Below the pieces are notes generated by a model. That model saw nothing but the letters and a program-made list of their open reading frames with translations, had not been told where the DNA came from and ran no database searches. A program made the translations under genes and the position numbers. From Octopus bimaculoides (Eukaryota), in the NCBI RefSeq assembly GCF_001194135.2, contig NC_068990.1, positions 61,004,293 to 61,068,292 of the forward strand: 64,000 nt of DNA. Direction: 5' to 3'. Shown here piece by piece: positions 1 to 13,124 of the stretch (positions within the stretch are counted from its first letter, which is position 1; every line of letters begins with the position of its first letter).

Positions 1-517
1 CAATTTTCATTGGATATTCTTTCTATTTATCTTGAAGTTCAATTAATTAATTGGTCTATTTTAATAATTTTCTAATTCTTTATACTTTAAATGATTATAA
101 AAATGATCATTTATTTATTTGTAATAAAAATTGATTTAGTGTACAGTAAGATTAAGGCAGAGTGTCAGGTAGAAGCCAGAGTAAGTTGATTCATTTCAAG
201 TCACATGCATAATATTGTTTTTTCTATTTCTTCTTTTCTTTAGAAGCAATGACTTTATATAAAAATTCATTCCAACTAAATCGTTATGATCCTTTCCACT
301 GAACATTTTTATTTATTCTCTCATGATTCTGAAGTTTTCTCCAATCAGCCAACTAATCAAGCATTGTTCTGCTCTACTAAATTAGCCTGAATTTCATAAT
401 TCATTTAATTTTTTTTCTTCTTCAAGAGCCTACATTGAACAGACCACATTTTTATACTATCACCCAAGTTTTCTTGTTTCACTCACATTCATACATGTAC
501 ACCTCTACATATGTACA

Positions 518-552
<35 letters not shown>

Positions 553-638
553 ATGTATGTATGTATATATGTATACATGTATGTATGTATGTATGTATGT
601 ATGCATGTATGCATGTATGTATGTATGTATGTATGTAT

Positions 639-1028
639 GGAGGCACAATGGCCCAGTGGTTAGGGCAGTGGACTCGCGGTCATAGCATCGCAGTTTCGAT
701 TCCCAGACCGGGCGTTGTTAGTGTTTATTGAGCGAAAACACCTAAAGCTCCACGAGGCTCCAGCAGGGGATGGTGGCGAACCCTGCTGTACTCTTTCACC
801 ACAACTTTCTCTCACTCTTACTTCCTGTTTCTGTTGTGCCTGTAATTCAAAAGGTCAGCCTTGTCACACTGTGTCACGCTGAATATCCCCGAGAATTACA
901 TTAAGGGTACACGTGTGTGTGGAGTGCTCAGCCACTAGCATGTTAATTTCACGAGCAGGCTGTTTCGTTGATCAGATCAACTGGAACCCTCGACGTCGTA
1001 AGCAACAGAGTGCCAACAACAACAACAA
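639..1028 (+). mobile_element. tRNA(Arg)-like-headed SINE, family A (~390 bp), inserted in a (TATG)n tract
   Basis: 5' head GGAGGCACAATGGCCCAGTGGTTAGG...GTTTCGATTCCC with Pol III A/B boxes, (CAA)n tail; near-identical reverse copy at 19503-19888. Confidence 0.9.
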
Positions 1029-1529
1029 TGTATGTATGTATGTATGCATAGACAGTATCTAAATCAAATGGCATTAAATTGCATTAAATTAAATTACACT
1101 GCTGCATTATATGCTTATTAAAGAAATTTTTTAATGTAATGTTTCAATGATGTAAATTATTAAGTTTGGTTAAAAGCTTCAATTTTTCTTATACTTACTG
1201 CTTTGAATAAAATTATTGGAGAAGATTAAATTGATATTATAATATTTTACTGATTTAAATCTAACGACACTGCTCAAATATTTGTGTCATTTACTCAAAA
1301 ATATTACGAAGTTATACCAAATATCTGTCAGCTTTACTTGAGTCTTTTAACTTTATTTTCATATTATCATCTTAGATTAATGGGAAGACTGTACTTAATT
1401 CAAGTTATTATATTTCTTTTAATTATAATCAAATATGTTTTAGTTACTAATGGAATTTATAGTTTCTAGTAGAGAACATTTGAGATTCATTCCTAATGAT
1501 TTCATTTTATTCCTTCATAAAATCAGATA

Positions 1530-1830
1530 TTCTTTCAGTGCTGTTCATGGCTTGTTTGGAATACTATACCCACATCCTGGTTAGTGTTGCTACTGTACAC
1601 AGATATACTTCCCTGCATCCAAGAAAAGCTAACTGATTGATTAGAAGAGAGTGACTTACAAGCACACGCCATCCCATGGTCCACAAACATACTGTGTTCT
1701 CTCTATTCCTTTTCTACCACTACTACAATGGACTCTGCTTCACAGATCCAGCTCTTTTTGTGCCATCTTCATTCATGTTCACTCTCCTCTTTTTGTCACA
1801 CTTTTGTCAATCCGCTGCCCTACCAAAAAG
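1530..1830 (+). mobile_element. Decayed LINE RT C-terminal fragment (CR1/Jockey-group like)
   Basis: Translation LFMACLEYYTHIL...HKHTVFSLFLFYHYYNGLCFTDPALFVPS resembles the CxEYxSHVW...SLFYRYYxGxC motif series of LINE RT C-termini; in-frame stops. Confidence 0.6.
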
Positions 1831-2329
1831 TGCAGGCATTGTTGTGTACTTAAAAAGATCATTTCCAAACCTTGTGGTTTCAGGTTCAGTCCCAATGCAT
1901 GACACTATAGGCAAGTGTCTACTTATATAACATCCCACTGGCCAAAGCCTTGTGAGAGGACTCAGTATACAGAATCTGTATATATGTATGTATGTATGTA
2001 TGTATTTCTGTGAGTGACTTCATATCTTTCTCATCTTCATGCATTCTTTTATTCTTTTTTCTTTTCACTTGTTTCGGTCATTTGATTGTGGCCATGCTGG
2101 AGCACTGCCTTAAAGGGTTTTAGTCAAACAAATCAGCCCCAGGACTTATGTTTTTAAGCCTAATACTTATTCTATCAGCCTCTTTTACAGAACTGCTAAG
2201 TTGTAGGACATTTCTGCCACTGAACCCAACCCTAATCCCCTCACCAGCCTCTATCCTGAATTCTTCTTTCCCAGAAAATCCATTCTCATATGTTTTACAT
2301 GCAATTTTTGACTTTCAGCTATTCAAGAA

Positions 2330-3060
2330 AAAACATCAACTGCATGCACTTCACCTTCTTGGAGGAACTAATGAGCCCTATAGGCCCAGTGCATAGCACC
2401 TTCTTCCAAATTGGCAGAGTTTGGAACAATAACCATCTGAAGAAAGATCCAAAACCAGTGAGCACAAAGCCATCGTTCAGATCATTCTCTTGCACAGCTC
2501 AGAGATGTGGGTCATCCACTGACACCTCCTATGACTCCTTGAGCAATTCTATCAGTGCTACATTCACATAATCCTCAGCTTGACTAACATTGAAGTCCTA
2601 GAGCGGGCAAGGGTCATCAGTATCAAAACAACTCTGCTGAAAACAGAGCTAGACTGGGCAGGGCATGTCATCAGAATGGAGGACCATTAACTTCTCAAGA
2701 TCACACTGTGTGGTCACCATTGTAGAAGAGCACCAAAGAAGAGGTACAAGGACTCTCTAAAGAAATATCTCAGCACCTGCCATGTTAATCTTCACTTGTG
2801 GTCTGTTCTTGCTGCTGATCATGAAGCCTGGCATCTTATTGTCCTCTGGGCATGATCATGCTGATCATGAAGCCTGGCATCTTATTGTCCTCCTCCATTT
2901 GAAGACACTTGCAGATAAGAAAAAAAGGAGAGAAGAAAAAGGACGACATCACAACCATCTCTGATCAACTTCCCTTCTTGTGTAGTCCCTGCAGCCGTGC
3001 CGCAGATGAGAACATTTCCCTTTATAAATCTTCACACATGAAACCAACCCGAAATGGAAA
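2330..3060 (+). mobile_element. Decayed RTE-clade LINE, 3' part of ORF
   Basis: Translates (with stops and frameshifts) to TNIEVLERARVISIKTTLLKTELDWAGHVIRMEDH...RRAPKKRYKDSLKKYL...WSVLAADHEAWH and the terminal FLCSPCSR...SHMK motif typical of RTE/BovB; followed by a (CAT)n tract. Confidence 0.85.
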
Positions 3061-3062
3061 TA

Positions 3063-3063
3063 T

Positions 3064-3095
<32 letters not shown>

Positions 3096-3209
3096 CATCA
3101 CCACCATCATCACCACCATCATCATGATCATCATGATCATCATGATGATGATGATCATCATCATCATCACCACCACCACCACCACCACCACCATCATCAT
3201 CACCACCAC

Positions 3210-3256
<47 letters not shown>

Positions 3257-3261
3257 CCACC

Positions 3262-3293
<32 letters not shown>

Positions 3294-3300
3294 TATCATC
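3063..3300. repeat. (CAT)n/(CAC)n trinucleotide microsatellite
   Basis: Direct reading; explains the poly-His/poly-Met ORFs. Confidence 0.97.
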
Positions 3301-3882
3301 ATTTTATAACCAATTTACCATGCAAAAATGGGTTGAATAAGTTTTCTGGGGGATATTTTTAATGGTTGAATGCCTCTTTCAAAATTACAGGAATACAATG
3401 TATCTATTCTAAATTTGGAATACACACTATAATATGCATATGTGAATACGTGTGCTTGTGTATGTAAGCATCTAGTGCTCTGTGATCCTTAGAAAACAAC
3501 CAGACAATTTCAAGTTAAGTTGATTCAATGCCTTCAGCTTTGAGTAGATTATCTCTGCTATGATTAACTCCACTGTAAAGCTCTGTAATAAGGCAATCAT
3601 TTCCTTTTCAGTTGTACAGTTATTATTTTTTTTTTATCCTTTGCGGCATAGGTGAGACAACACTCTGCAGTTAAATGCTGCTCTTGACTATAACCCTTTC
3701 TTTTCAAGTAAGATATTTTGTTCCAGATCTTCGCACAGTGAACCATTGTCAGATATTTTGCTTTGGGAAAACAAACATCTCAGCAACTGCTAAAACAGTG
3801 TCAATGCAATGACATGCAGATGTAAACACATCAACAGAAATAAATGTATGTTGTGTGTATGTTTGTGCATTATGTATGTATG

Positions 3883-3936
<54 letters not shown>

Positions 3937-4459
3937 TGTGTGTTTATATATGTATATATGTGTATATATANNNNNNNNNNNNNNNNNNNNNNNNNNNNNN
4001 NNNNNNNNNNNNNNNNNNNNNNNNNNNNNNNNNNNNNNNNNNNNNNNNNNNNNNNNNNNNNNNNNNNNNNNNNNNNNNNNNNNNNNNNNNNNNNNNNNNN
4101 NNNNNNNNNNNNNNNNNNNNNNNNNNNNNNNNNNNNNNNNNNNNNNNNNNNNNNNNNNNNNNNNNNNNNNNNNNNNNTTTACATTCTTCATGAGTGTCAA
4201 ACTAATACACCTGCTTGTTATTCCCTCACCTGTCTTTGTCTTTTGTTTTCTGTAAATTTGAACTATATAAATGCCATTCATTCATTTAATGTCTGCTTTC
4301 CATACTGGCATGGGTTAGACTGGCATGGGTAAGCTGGAAGGCTTCTCCAGGTTTTAGTCTGATTTGCCATTTCTACAGCTGGATGCACTTCCTAACGCCA
4401 TATATATATATATTCTTTAATTCTTTTATATGTTTCGACCTTGATTCTGCAGCCATGTG

Positions 4460-4532
<73 letters not shown>

Positions 4533-5348
4533 ATATATAGACAGACAAACAACAAGCTTCTACACAGTCATAAAATATTGGTATATTGGTTATTCCCCAG
4601 TGGAATCAAACCCCAAAACCTAGGAATCCAGAAACACATGCTTGCAAAGATGAAACTTCTGAGCATCATCACCATACTTGCACCTTTGACCAAAATATTA
4701 AAACAACTACTTAGTCTGGAATAAGATTATATTTCAGCAATTATTGGTCAAATTTTATTTATTGCCCTCTATGTAAAAACATACCAATCCCATAAATATC
4801 ATATCCGTATTTTCTAATTTGTTTTAATTAAATTTTCTTTGGGATATTTGATCTTTGTTTCACCAGAAGTTGCTAACGTCTTTTGTCACTTGCAATATTG
4901 TTCTAGAAAGACTTATAACTGGTCTTATCAGAGTATTAAAGGTGAATTCTTATAGTTATAATCTATCATTATTATTTATGAGATATGTGAAGTATCATTG
5001 TTTAGGCTGTGAAAGGTGTCAATTCAATATTAATAACTTTATAACATCACATTTAAAACTGTAAATATCATTATTTGCTCTAGCAGACTGGAAATAGTGT
5101 TTGTATGAGTGTTGGTTGCATTGCTGAATCTTGGCATAAAGCACCTATTTCTGGTTTCAAATTCTACTGCAATCAAATTTTCCTTTCAGATACCAATAAT
5201 ATATAAAGTGTTTGTTAATATAAGCAAATTTTTCAACTTGAAAATTAACTAGATCTAAAAATAACTAATTACAACAGAGGCAGTATTAACACCAAAAAGT
5301 AATATTCGTCTCCCACTAAAAGTAGTCTAAATGTATATGTATGTATGC

Positions 5349-5399
<51 letters not shown>

Positions 5400-6174
5400 C
5401 ATGCATGTGCATGAGTGTATCATCATCCTCATCATCATCATTAAATGTCCATTGTCCATGCTGGTATAGGTTGGATGGTTACAACCAGAGTTGGCAAGCT
5501 GGAGAGCTGCACCAGACTCCAGTCTGATTTGGCATGGTTTCTGTAACTGGATGCCCATCCTAACACCAACCACTTTACAGAGTGTGCTGGGTGCTTTTAC
5601 AAGTATTTATATATATATATATAGTCTTCTATTATATCGTAGGGCTGACCAAAGCTTTGTGAGTAGATTTGGTAGATGGATACTGAAAGAAGACCTCCAT
5701 ACATATGTATGCTTATATATATTGCCATGCTTGACTGCTAGCTAATAAAGCATTCTTTTTTATTCTCTCTTTTTTTATTCTCTGTCTGTTTATTTTCTCG
5801 TGGTCCTTTCTGCTGAAGAGTGTAGTCTCAAAATGTAAAAGACTTTCACACCTCCCCAAGCATTAAACTAATACGCATGTTTGTTGTTTACATACCTGTC
5901 TTATATAATAATAATAATAATTATAATAATATTAGGGATAAAAATCCAAATTTACAGGTAAAAACTCAATTAAATTCAATTTATCAAAACTTAAAATTAA
6001 ATTAAGTTTCACAGTATATAATATATAAATATATAATTTAGAGAAAAGAACCAAAGTTCATGAACTCATCCATGAAAATCCAGTCACATATAAAAAAAAT
6101 TTATAAGCAAATACCCGATAAATAAGTATGATAAAATACAAGGTAAAAATCATAAAATAATAATAATAATAAAA

Positions 6175-6286
6175 TGACTACACGTGTTTCATAACCAAGT
6201 TTTCAAATAGAAAATAAAATATAATCAAATCGATTAAATCGATCGAAAATCAATTCTATCCAAACATATAGCTAATCTTCAGGTCA
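6175..6286 (-). ncRNA. Type I hammerhead ribozyme motif with long stem II
   Basis: Minus strand: TGAC-CTGAAGA-(85-nt stem II region containing TTTGGATAGA/TCTATTTGAA)-GAAA, stem III palindrome ACACGTGT, A, then GTCA pairing with TGAC. Confidence 0.6.
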
Positions 6287-7513
6287 AAATACAACAGTAA
6301 TAATAATAAAAGGAATGTATATATCAACCAACAATGAATAACAAATGAATGTATATAAAAATACTTATTATATTAAGACAGAAAAATGTTAAACAATATT
6401 ATCAAAAAGAAACGTAATATTAATCTTATCGAAAATTGTAAACGTGACACTATTAACTTTATGTTTATTAGAATATAAACTAACAGAAATATTAAATGCA
6501 AATCTTATCTTAACGAATCTTTCGTTTGAAATACAATTTAAACGAAGTTTTAGGTTAAACTAAAACTATAAATGTAATATAAATAACTTTAATTTTAATA
6601 TAAACTAACAAAAAATTAATTTATATAAATTAATTTATATAAAAATGATTATATCATCATTAAATAAAAGAAAAAAACATATATATATATACTGTATATA
6701 CTTAAGTAAAAGCCAAATATTTTAGACCAATTTTTAAGGCTAAATTTATGGGGTTGACTATTACATGAATACTACTTCTGAAGGCTGAAATTCAAACTGG
6801 AATACAAAGTACCATAGTTGTTGATTGAATGTTTCTATCTGGCAGTGTATGACCCCCAGTCGTACAGTATTATTATCCTCATAAGGTTGGATTGTTATAA
6901 TGTCCACTCAATATCACAGTACAAGTGCTATCTCAGCACAGACATGCCGATCAACACAGTCTACATATACTCTCGACCTCCTGATCTTCCCTCTGTTGAC
7001 CAGCTACTGGTGTATTTATTATGGCTGGTTGCTACTTTTTACCAGGAGGAGTGTACAGTTTCACTATACAACAATACAGTATATAAGAAAAGAAAAAATG
7101 GGATTAAAAAGTCCTAGCAGATACTATACATCATTCTTATCATGCAAAAGTGTCCTAAGTCCAAAACGTTGCTTTTTCAGAAAATGAAAAAGTAGTTTCA
7201 CCATTCCATTTCTTTTTACATTAGCAACAGTTTCAGCTTAACAATAATACTTTGTTGGTTGCATAAAATTGTAATTCCCTGCATGTATGATATTTTCAGT
7301 GAGAAATATTTTTGTAAAACTGCCAACTTACTACACTTTTGAAAAATGCTAAACTGTTCTACAACACATTGACAATTTTCGTATCATGGCATCTGAAGCT
7401 GCTTGAGATATGATAGTTTGACCAAAAGAATTGGGTATTGCAAGCAAAATTAAATATTGAAAAAACATGCATTTGGCCAAATTTGGACATACAACAGTTT
7501 AACATAATAGCAA

Positions 7514-7552
<39 letters not shown>

Positions 7553-8011
7553 TGAGGAGGGTATTGGATTTAACCAAACCCAGGAGGATACAGGTAATAC
7601 CGAGTAAGTGCTGTATACTGATTAATTTGCCCCAGTCGTTGTATGAACAGGATTGGGTATTATAAGTCGTGTATTAGCGTGTGTATATGTAAATATATAA
7701 AAACAAAAAGATAAAGAGAGCAANNNNNNNNNNNNNNNNNNNNNNNNNNNNNNNNNNNNNNNNNNNNNNNNNNNNNNNNNNNNNNNNNNNNNNNNNNNNN
7801 NNNNNNNNNNNNNNNNNNNNNNNNNNNNNNNNNNNNNNNNNNNNNNNNNNNNNNNNNNNNNNNNNNNNNNNNNNNNNNNNNNNNNNNNNNNNNNNNNNNN
7901 NNNNNNNNNNNNNNNNNNNNNNNNNNNNNNNNNNNNNNNNNNNNNNNNNNNNNNNNNNNNNNNNNNNNNNNNNNNNNNNNNNNNNNNNNNNNNATATATA
8001 TATATATATAT

Positions 8012-8225
8012 ATATTTCATTCTATAATGGCTACCTCTGATGAACGCAGGGTTACATAATAGGGCTGCTACCTAACACTCTATTGAATCACAAGCATAAA
8101 ACCAATTGGTAAGATCGGCTGTAATGGATATATAATGCTGTACACTTTGACTAATATATATATAGGTAGCAGCCCGATTATGTAACCCTGCATTCATCAG
8201 AGGTAGCCATTATAGAATGAAATAT
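8012..8225. repeat. Inverted repeat, ~63-bp arms with ~88-bp spacer
   Basis: 8012-8074 is the reverse complement of 8163-8225 with 2 mismatches. Confidence 0.9.
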
Positions 8226-8263
8226 GGTGACTGCTAAATGCTGGGACTAAACACTGCTTTATG

Positions 8264-8390
8264 TATCATGAGAGAACCTCTCATATGGACTTATGGTGCA
8301 TGTAGTCACTCATGTTTATATCACTGACAAGTGATATAAACAGAGTGCACACATGTACCACAAGTCTATATGAGAGGTTCTCTCATGGTA
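8264..8390. mobile_element. Hairpin/MITE-like element with CATGAGAGAAnCTCTCAT arms
   Basis: Near-continuous fold-back around loop 8326-8329; same arm motif as 15458-15705. Confidence 0.7.
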
Positions 8391-9261
8391 AATAACACAG
8401 CATGCTGTGTTCTAACTAGCTTAATTTTGATTTAGATAATTTATTTATAATGTTTGTAATATTTTGTTGTATTTGTTGCCTTACCTCTGGTAATGATTCT
8501 AGATTTCCCATATAAACAAATTTTACACATTCTGTAGGCTACATCTAACTACTGTACTGTGCAGGCATAGCTGTGTGGTTAAGAATTATGTTTTGCAGCT
8601 ACTAACTAAATATGATGTCTTCAGTCAAACTTCTCTCTACTACTGTTTATTGTCAATGTAAATTCCAAATTTCCTTATAAATAGTCATAAGTTTTCTAAA
8701 ATACTACATGAATTCCAAAATTATGAAATGTCTTCCAGTAATAAAATAAGATATCTTTAATTCTCACTCTGTTAGAGCTCTTAATTTCTTCATCTCCAAT
8801 GGAGTATTTCTGTCTTCCTCACATTATAACAAAAGTTTAACTAAATTCTTCTAACATACACCATTCTAACCTCATAGTCATGCACAAAATATTACACTTA
8901 TTATTCTATTATTTGGTTCATTATTTTGTTAGTTTCTCATCATTTGATTCAATATAGTACATAACTAATTCTAATATATTTATGTATTTCCTATCACTCC
9001 AAGGCTTCTTTTCATATAACCCTCTTTGCTGTAATTATTTTGACATCATAACATACCAGCTCTCCTTTTCAATATAAAATGTTTGTAATATGTAGATGAC
9101 ATTGCAATCCCAGCATACTCTAACATGTTATATTTCAAGATGAGGAATGTATCTAATAATGGTTTTCTATGATATTCTAGCTACCCTCTCAATGTATTAA
9201 AAAATTGAATTAGAAATATATAAATGGAATATCAAATAACCATAGATAAGATAACCTTTAA

Positions 9262-9615
9262 CCCTTTAGCATTTAAACTGGCCATATCTAGCCCAAACAT
9301 TCCACCTGTTTTATGTTCAAACCTGCCGGATCTGGCCACTTGCACCTAACATACAATCATTTTAACCCTTTAGTTACCGTATTTATTTTGAGATGTCCTA
9401 TGTTTCTTTCAATTAATTTTAAATATAACAAATGATTTAGTAAAATAACTTTGTTATCATTAAGTTAGTGTTAGGAACATAAGTTGTGACTAAGGTTTGG
9501 TGGAAGATTTTAATTCAAAGCTAATGTAAACAAGGCATTTAAACTGCAGAGCCAGAGGAGGTTTCAGATGGGTTGATATCAAAAGGGTTAAAAATAAACA
9601 ATCACATCAATGAAA
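9262..9615. mobile_element. TTAA-flanked (piggyBac-type) MITE interrupted by a second TTAA MITE at 9366-9587
   Basis: Outer element starts TTAA|CCCTTTAGCATTTAAAC as at 50950; inner element is TTAA|CCCTTT...AAAGGG|TTAA. Confidence 0.8.
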
Positions 9616-10355
9616 GTGAATTAACTTAGCAAAATAGCCATAGATAGTTTTTATTTATTTATTTATTTATTTATTTTGTTATTTGAACTTTGTGGTGTCA
9701 GAGTAGATAGATACATCAGCAGCATGAAAATTAGATATGAAACAAGCAGCTGAACTGAATTGAAATGAAATGAAATTAAAATAATCTTGGTTGGCAAACA
9801 ACTTAAACAGAGCTTTGTTATTGAAAACTATAATGATAATGGTGGTGGTGGTGGTGGTGGTGGTGGTGGTGGTGGTGGTAGGGAGTTGTACTTTTTTTAC
9901 TGAACTAAATTTTTTATATCACCTATCACCTAATGCTTAAGTGCAATTGTTTATTACCTGCTTACTTGAAAATTGGTATTTGTTTATAAAATTAGATGAC
10001 AAATGATGTACACTAACAAGAAAGAATGAGACAGTTTAGGCAACACCGCAAAGAGAAGCAGAGGGTTGAATCACAAGAACAATCATGAGAGCAGCAGCAT
10101 AGAAGGGAAAATCTGAATCAAAGAGAACACAGTATTTACAACAGATAAAAGAATGTGTTCAAGATAGAATAAAAAGTAAAAACGAGAGAGAACATCAAAA
10201 CAGCTGTAAATAAATGGTTGAAAGTTACAACATTGGTAACACATAACTGCAAGATTGAAATTTGCTGAGGGAGTGCAAACTTAGGTCCAATCTATGATGT
10301 TCAAAGCCTTGTGAGTGGATTTGGTAGATGGAAACTGAAAGACACCTGTCATATA

Positions 10356-10407
<52 letters not shown>

Positions 10408-10489
10408 CACTTGACAACCAGTATTGGTGTGTTTACATTCCTGTAAGTTAGTGGTGCAGCAAAAGAAGTTGACAGAATAAGTAATAGGC

Positions 10490-10714
10490 AGAGCTGGCAG
10501 AAATGTTAGACGCTGGACAAAATGCTTAGCGGTATTTTGTCTGTCGCTATGTTCTGACTTCAAATTCCGCTGAGGTCGACTTTGCGTTTCATCCTTTCGG
10601 GGTCGATTAAATAAGTACCAGTTACGCACTGGGGTCGATATAATCGACTTAATCCGTTTGTCTGTCCTTGTTTGTCCCCTCTGTGTGTAGCCTCTTGTGG
10701 GCAGTAAAGAAATA
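10490..10714 (+). mobile_element. SINE family B (~230 bp) nested in a family C SINE, with TSD
   Basis: GAGCTGGCAGAA...GAGTTCAAATTCC-type head, central GTCGACTTTGCCTTTCATCCTTTCGGGGTCGAT-type domain, AAAGAAAT tail; duplication AGAATAAGTAATAGGC at 10474-10489 and 10715-10730. Confidence 0.9.
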
Positions 10715-11941
10715 AGAATAAGTAATAGGCTTTTAAAAAAGTCTTGTTTGACTAAAACCCTTCAAAGTGGTGCACCAGCATGGCCACAGTCAAAATGATT
10801 GAGACAATTAAAAAAAAAAAGTCGCAAGATTAAAAATCATATTAAGTGTAAAAATTAGCTGATGAATGGGTGAAAGAGAAGGTGAGTGAAGCTGAAGAAA
10901 AATAAAATTAAAATTATCTGGTGCTCCAGCCTGACCACAGCCTTAGGGCTGAAACATGTAAATGAGTAAAAGAGTAAAATAATTGAATGTAGGCCAATAT
11001 TTTATCAAGGGAATGTGGTGTGCTAGCAGAATCATTGGCATGCCAGGCAAAATGATTGGTGGTGTTTCATCTATCTTTATGTTCTGAGTTCAAATTCGAC
11101 TTAAAATTCGAGTTCAAGGTTGATTTTACCTTTGAACCTTTCAGGGTCGATAAAATAAGTACCAATTGAACACTGGTGTCAATGTAATCGATTTATCCTC
11201 TCCTTGAACTTATGCCAAAATTTGAAATTAATATTTAGTCAAGAGAGAGAGAGAGAGAGAGATACTTGAGTGTAATTTGGGTAGCTAGTGATATAGATTG
11301 ATGGTGGCAATGTTTTATTTCAATAAGTGTTAATGTTGCAATTGTAATTTATGTAAAAAATAACTTAGGCTTTCTATGTATATGTACATATATGTGTGTA
11401 TGATTAAACAGCTACTATAATTTTTTTAATAATACTCTCCAAAAGAATCATGTTTATAATTATTATCAGATCAGAACTGACTAAAATATATAATATGCTA
11501 AAGGAGAACTATAAGTTTTTGAATAATTCTACTTGCAGAATAATTTAGAACTATTAAATTACTAAATTACTAAAGAATCCTCTTAATTTGGGGTAAATTG
11601 TTAAAAAAAATGTGTTTCCAGAAAAATATAGATTATAATAGTAGATTAATTAAAAGAACAAAGATGAAACTTATGCTATATATAGGATATAGGTTAATAG
11701 CAAGGAATTGAAATAAGTGCCATCATACAGATGAGAATTAGATGTAAGGGTAATGATATAAATCTGAATAAAAATGCAATTATTGTAGCTTAAAAACTTA
11801 CATGTTAAGCATATAAATAAATGGAACAGTGTTTGAAGTAAAAAAATTAACTTAACTGGAAGCTATAGAAAATTTGATTAAGTGTTAAAAAAGAAAGTTA
11901 CATGAAGGTATAATTGTGAAAACAAAATGGGTGGAATATGA

Positions 11942-11974
<33 letters not shown>

Positions 11975-11992
11975 CACTTCCCTCTACAAACC

Positions 11993-12460
11993 CATTGTAG
12001 AAGATCTAATGCAATTTATAAATGCACCATCCTCAACACATTACACAATTCTACAGCTATATATATAGGGTCAAGCATAAATTTTAAACAGTGATATGCC
12101 GCTCATCTCAATTCTTTTAGATACAAGAAACACAGTAAATCCACAACACTTGCCAGCCACATACATCGTCTCAAAAATAGAAATATTCCCTACAGTTTGT
12201 TATGGTTCATAATAGATTCAGGGCTTCCATACCAAGGTCAAAACTTAGCCTGTAAGTTATGCCTTAAAGAGGAATTTTACATATTAAAACACAACTCCTC
12301 AACACTACTAAACAAATATAATGAGGCCCTAAACACATGCAACCACCGCTTTTTTCATACCTCCAAATTTTACCAAAAATCTAAATGCAACCTAAATAAC
12401 CACACATCTCTTCCTTTCCTTCCCCCACACCCCTCCCATCCACCCATCACATTATCTTGA
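11993..12460 (+). mobile_element. Penelope-like element GIY-YIG endonuclease fragment
   Basis: CRRSNAIYKCTI...IYIGSSINFKQ*YAAHLNSFRYKKHSKSTTLASHIHRLK...W.IIDSGLPY...CKLCLKEEFYIL...LLNKYNEALNTCNHR; one internal stop (TGA 12092-12094). Confidence 0.9.
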
Positions 12461-12499
12461 CCACTGGCTAACACTCCCTCTCTCACTTCCTTCTTTTAA

Positions 12500-13110
12500 A
12501 TTATAATTATATTTAGAATTGTTGAAAAATTTAATATTATGATTATATCCCACCTTATGACGCACTTCATTATGATATGGTGCATGTTTATTGAATATCA
12601 CATAGTTGGAAGAAAGTACTGAAATTCTTTTCCCTATACTATTTACTAATGCTTTCTTAATAGAAGGTGGATGGTTACTCTTAGCGTTAATATATTTCAG
12701 GTTTTTGTTAATTTTATGTTAAGGTTGGGTTATACCTGTTATTAAGTTGAAATTTACATCTAAGTAGTTGACATTGCTATATTCGTTATAAATTGTAATC
12801 CTAAGACCATTTCTTTTAAAGAAATTGTATATTTTCTTCTTATATATTTCTAAAGTTCTATTCGTGCTATTTTTCATTATTAGCAGGAGGTCATCTATGT
12901 ATAATCCACCCTCCAATTTAAGATTTTCTAATTGGAGTTCTGCTAATAAATAAATTCCTACTAGGTCTGTAATCTGAGCAGAATCCGGTGCTCCCATAGG
13001 GATATCAAAAACATCCCTGGTATCCTTTCTGGCCCATAATTTATTATTGTACCTAATAAATGATTTTCTCGACATTTTTACTACCTTAACTTCCTCTTTA
13101 GTCATTCCCA
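12500..13110 (-). mobile_element. Penelope-like element reverse transcriptase fragment (palm and thumb)
   Basis: RKS...LWARKD...FDIPMGAPDSAQITDLVGIYLL...GGLYIDDLL...LRITI...VNYLDVNFNL, continuing past one stop as KYINAKSNHPPSIKK...KRISVLSS...PYHN. Confidence 0.92.
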
Positions 13111-13124
13111 CTGTGAAAACCATG

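Noticed and set aside
639-720. tRNA-like sequences at SINE 5' ends
   Set aside because: No acceptor stem or proper cloverleaf; these are SINE heads, not tRNA genes
2949-3362. Poly-His, poly-Met and poly-Ile ORFs
   Set aside because: They are translations of a (CAT)/(CAC) microsatellite, open in several frames
8990-9110. YVDDIA motif suggesting an RT relic
   Set aside because: The flanking RT motifs are too degraded to support a call
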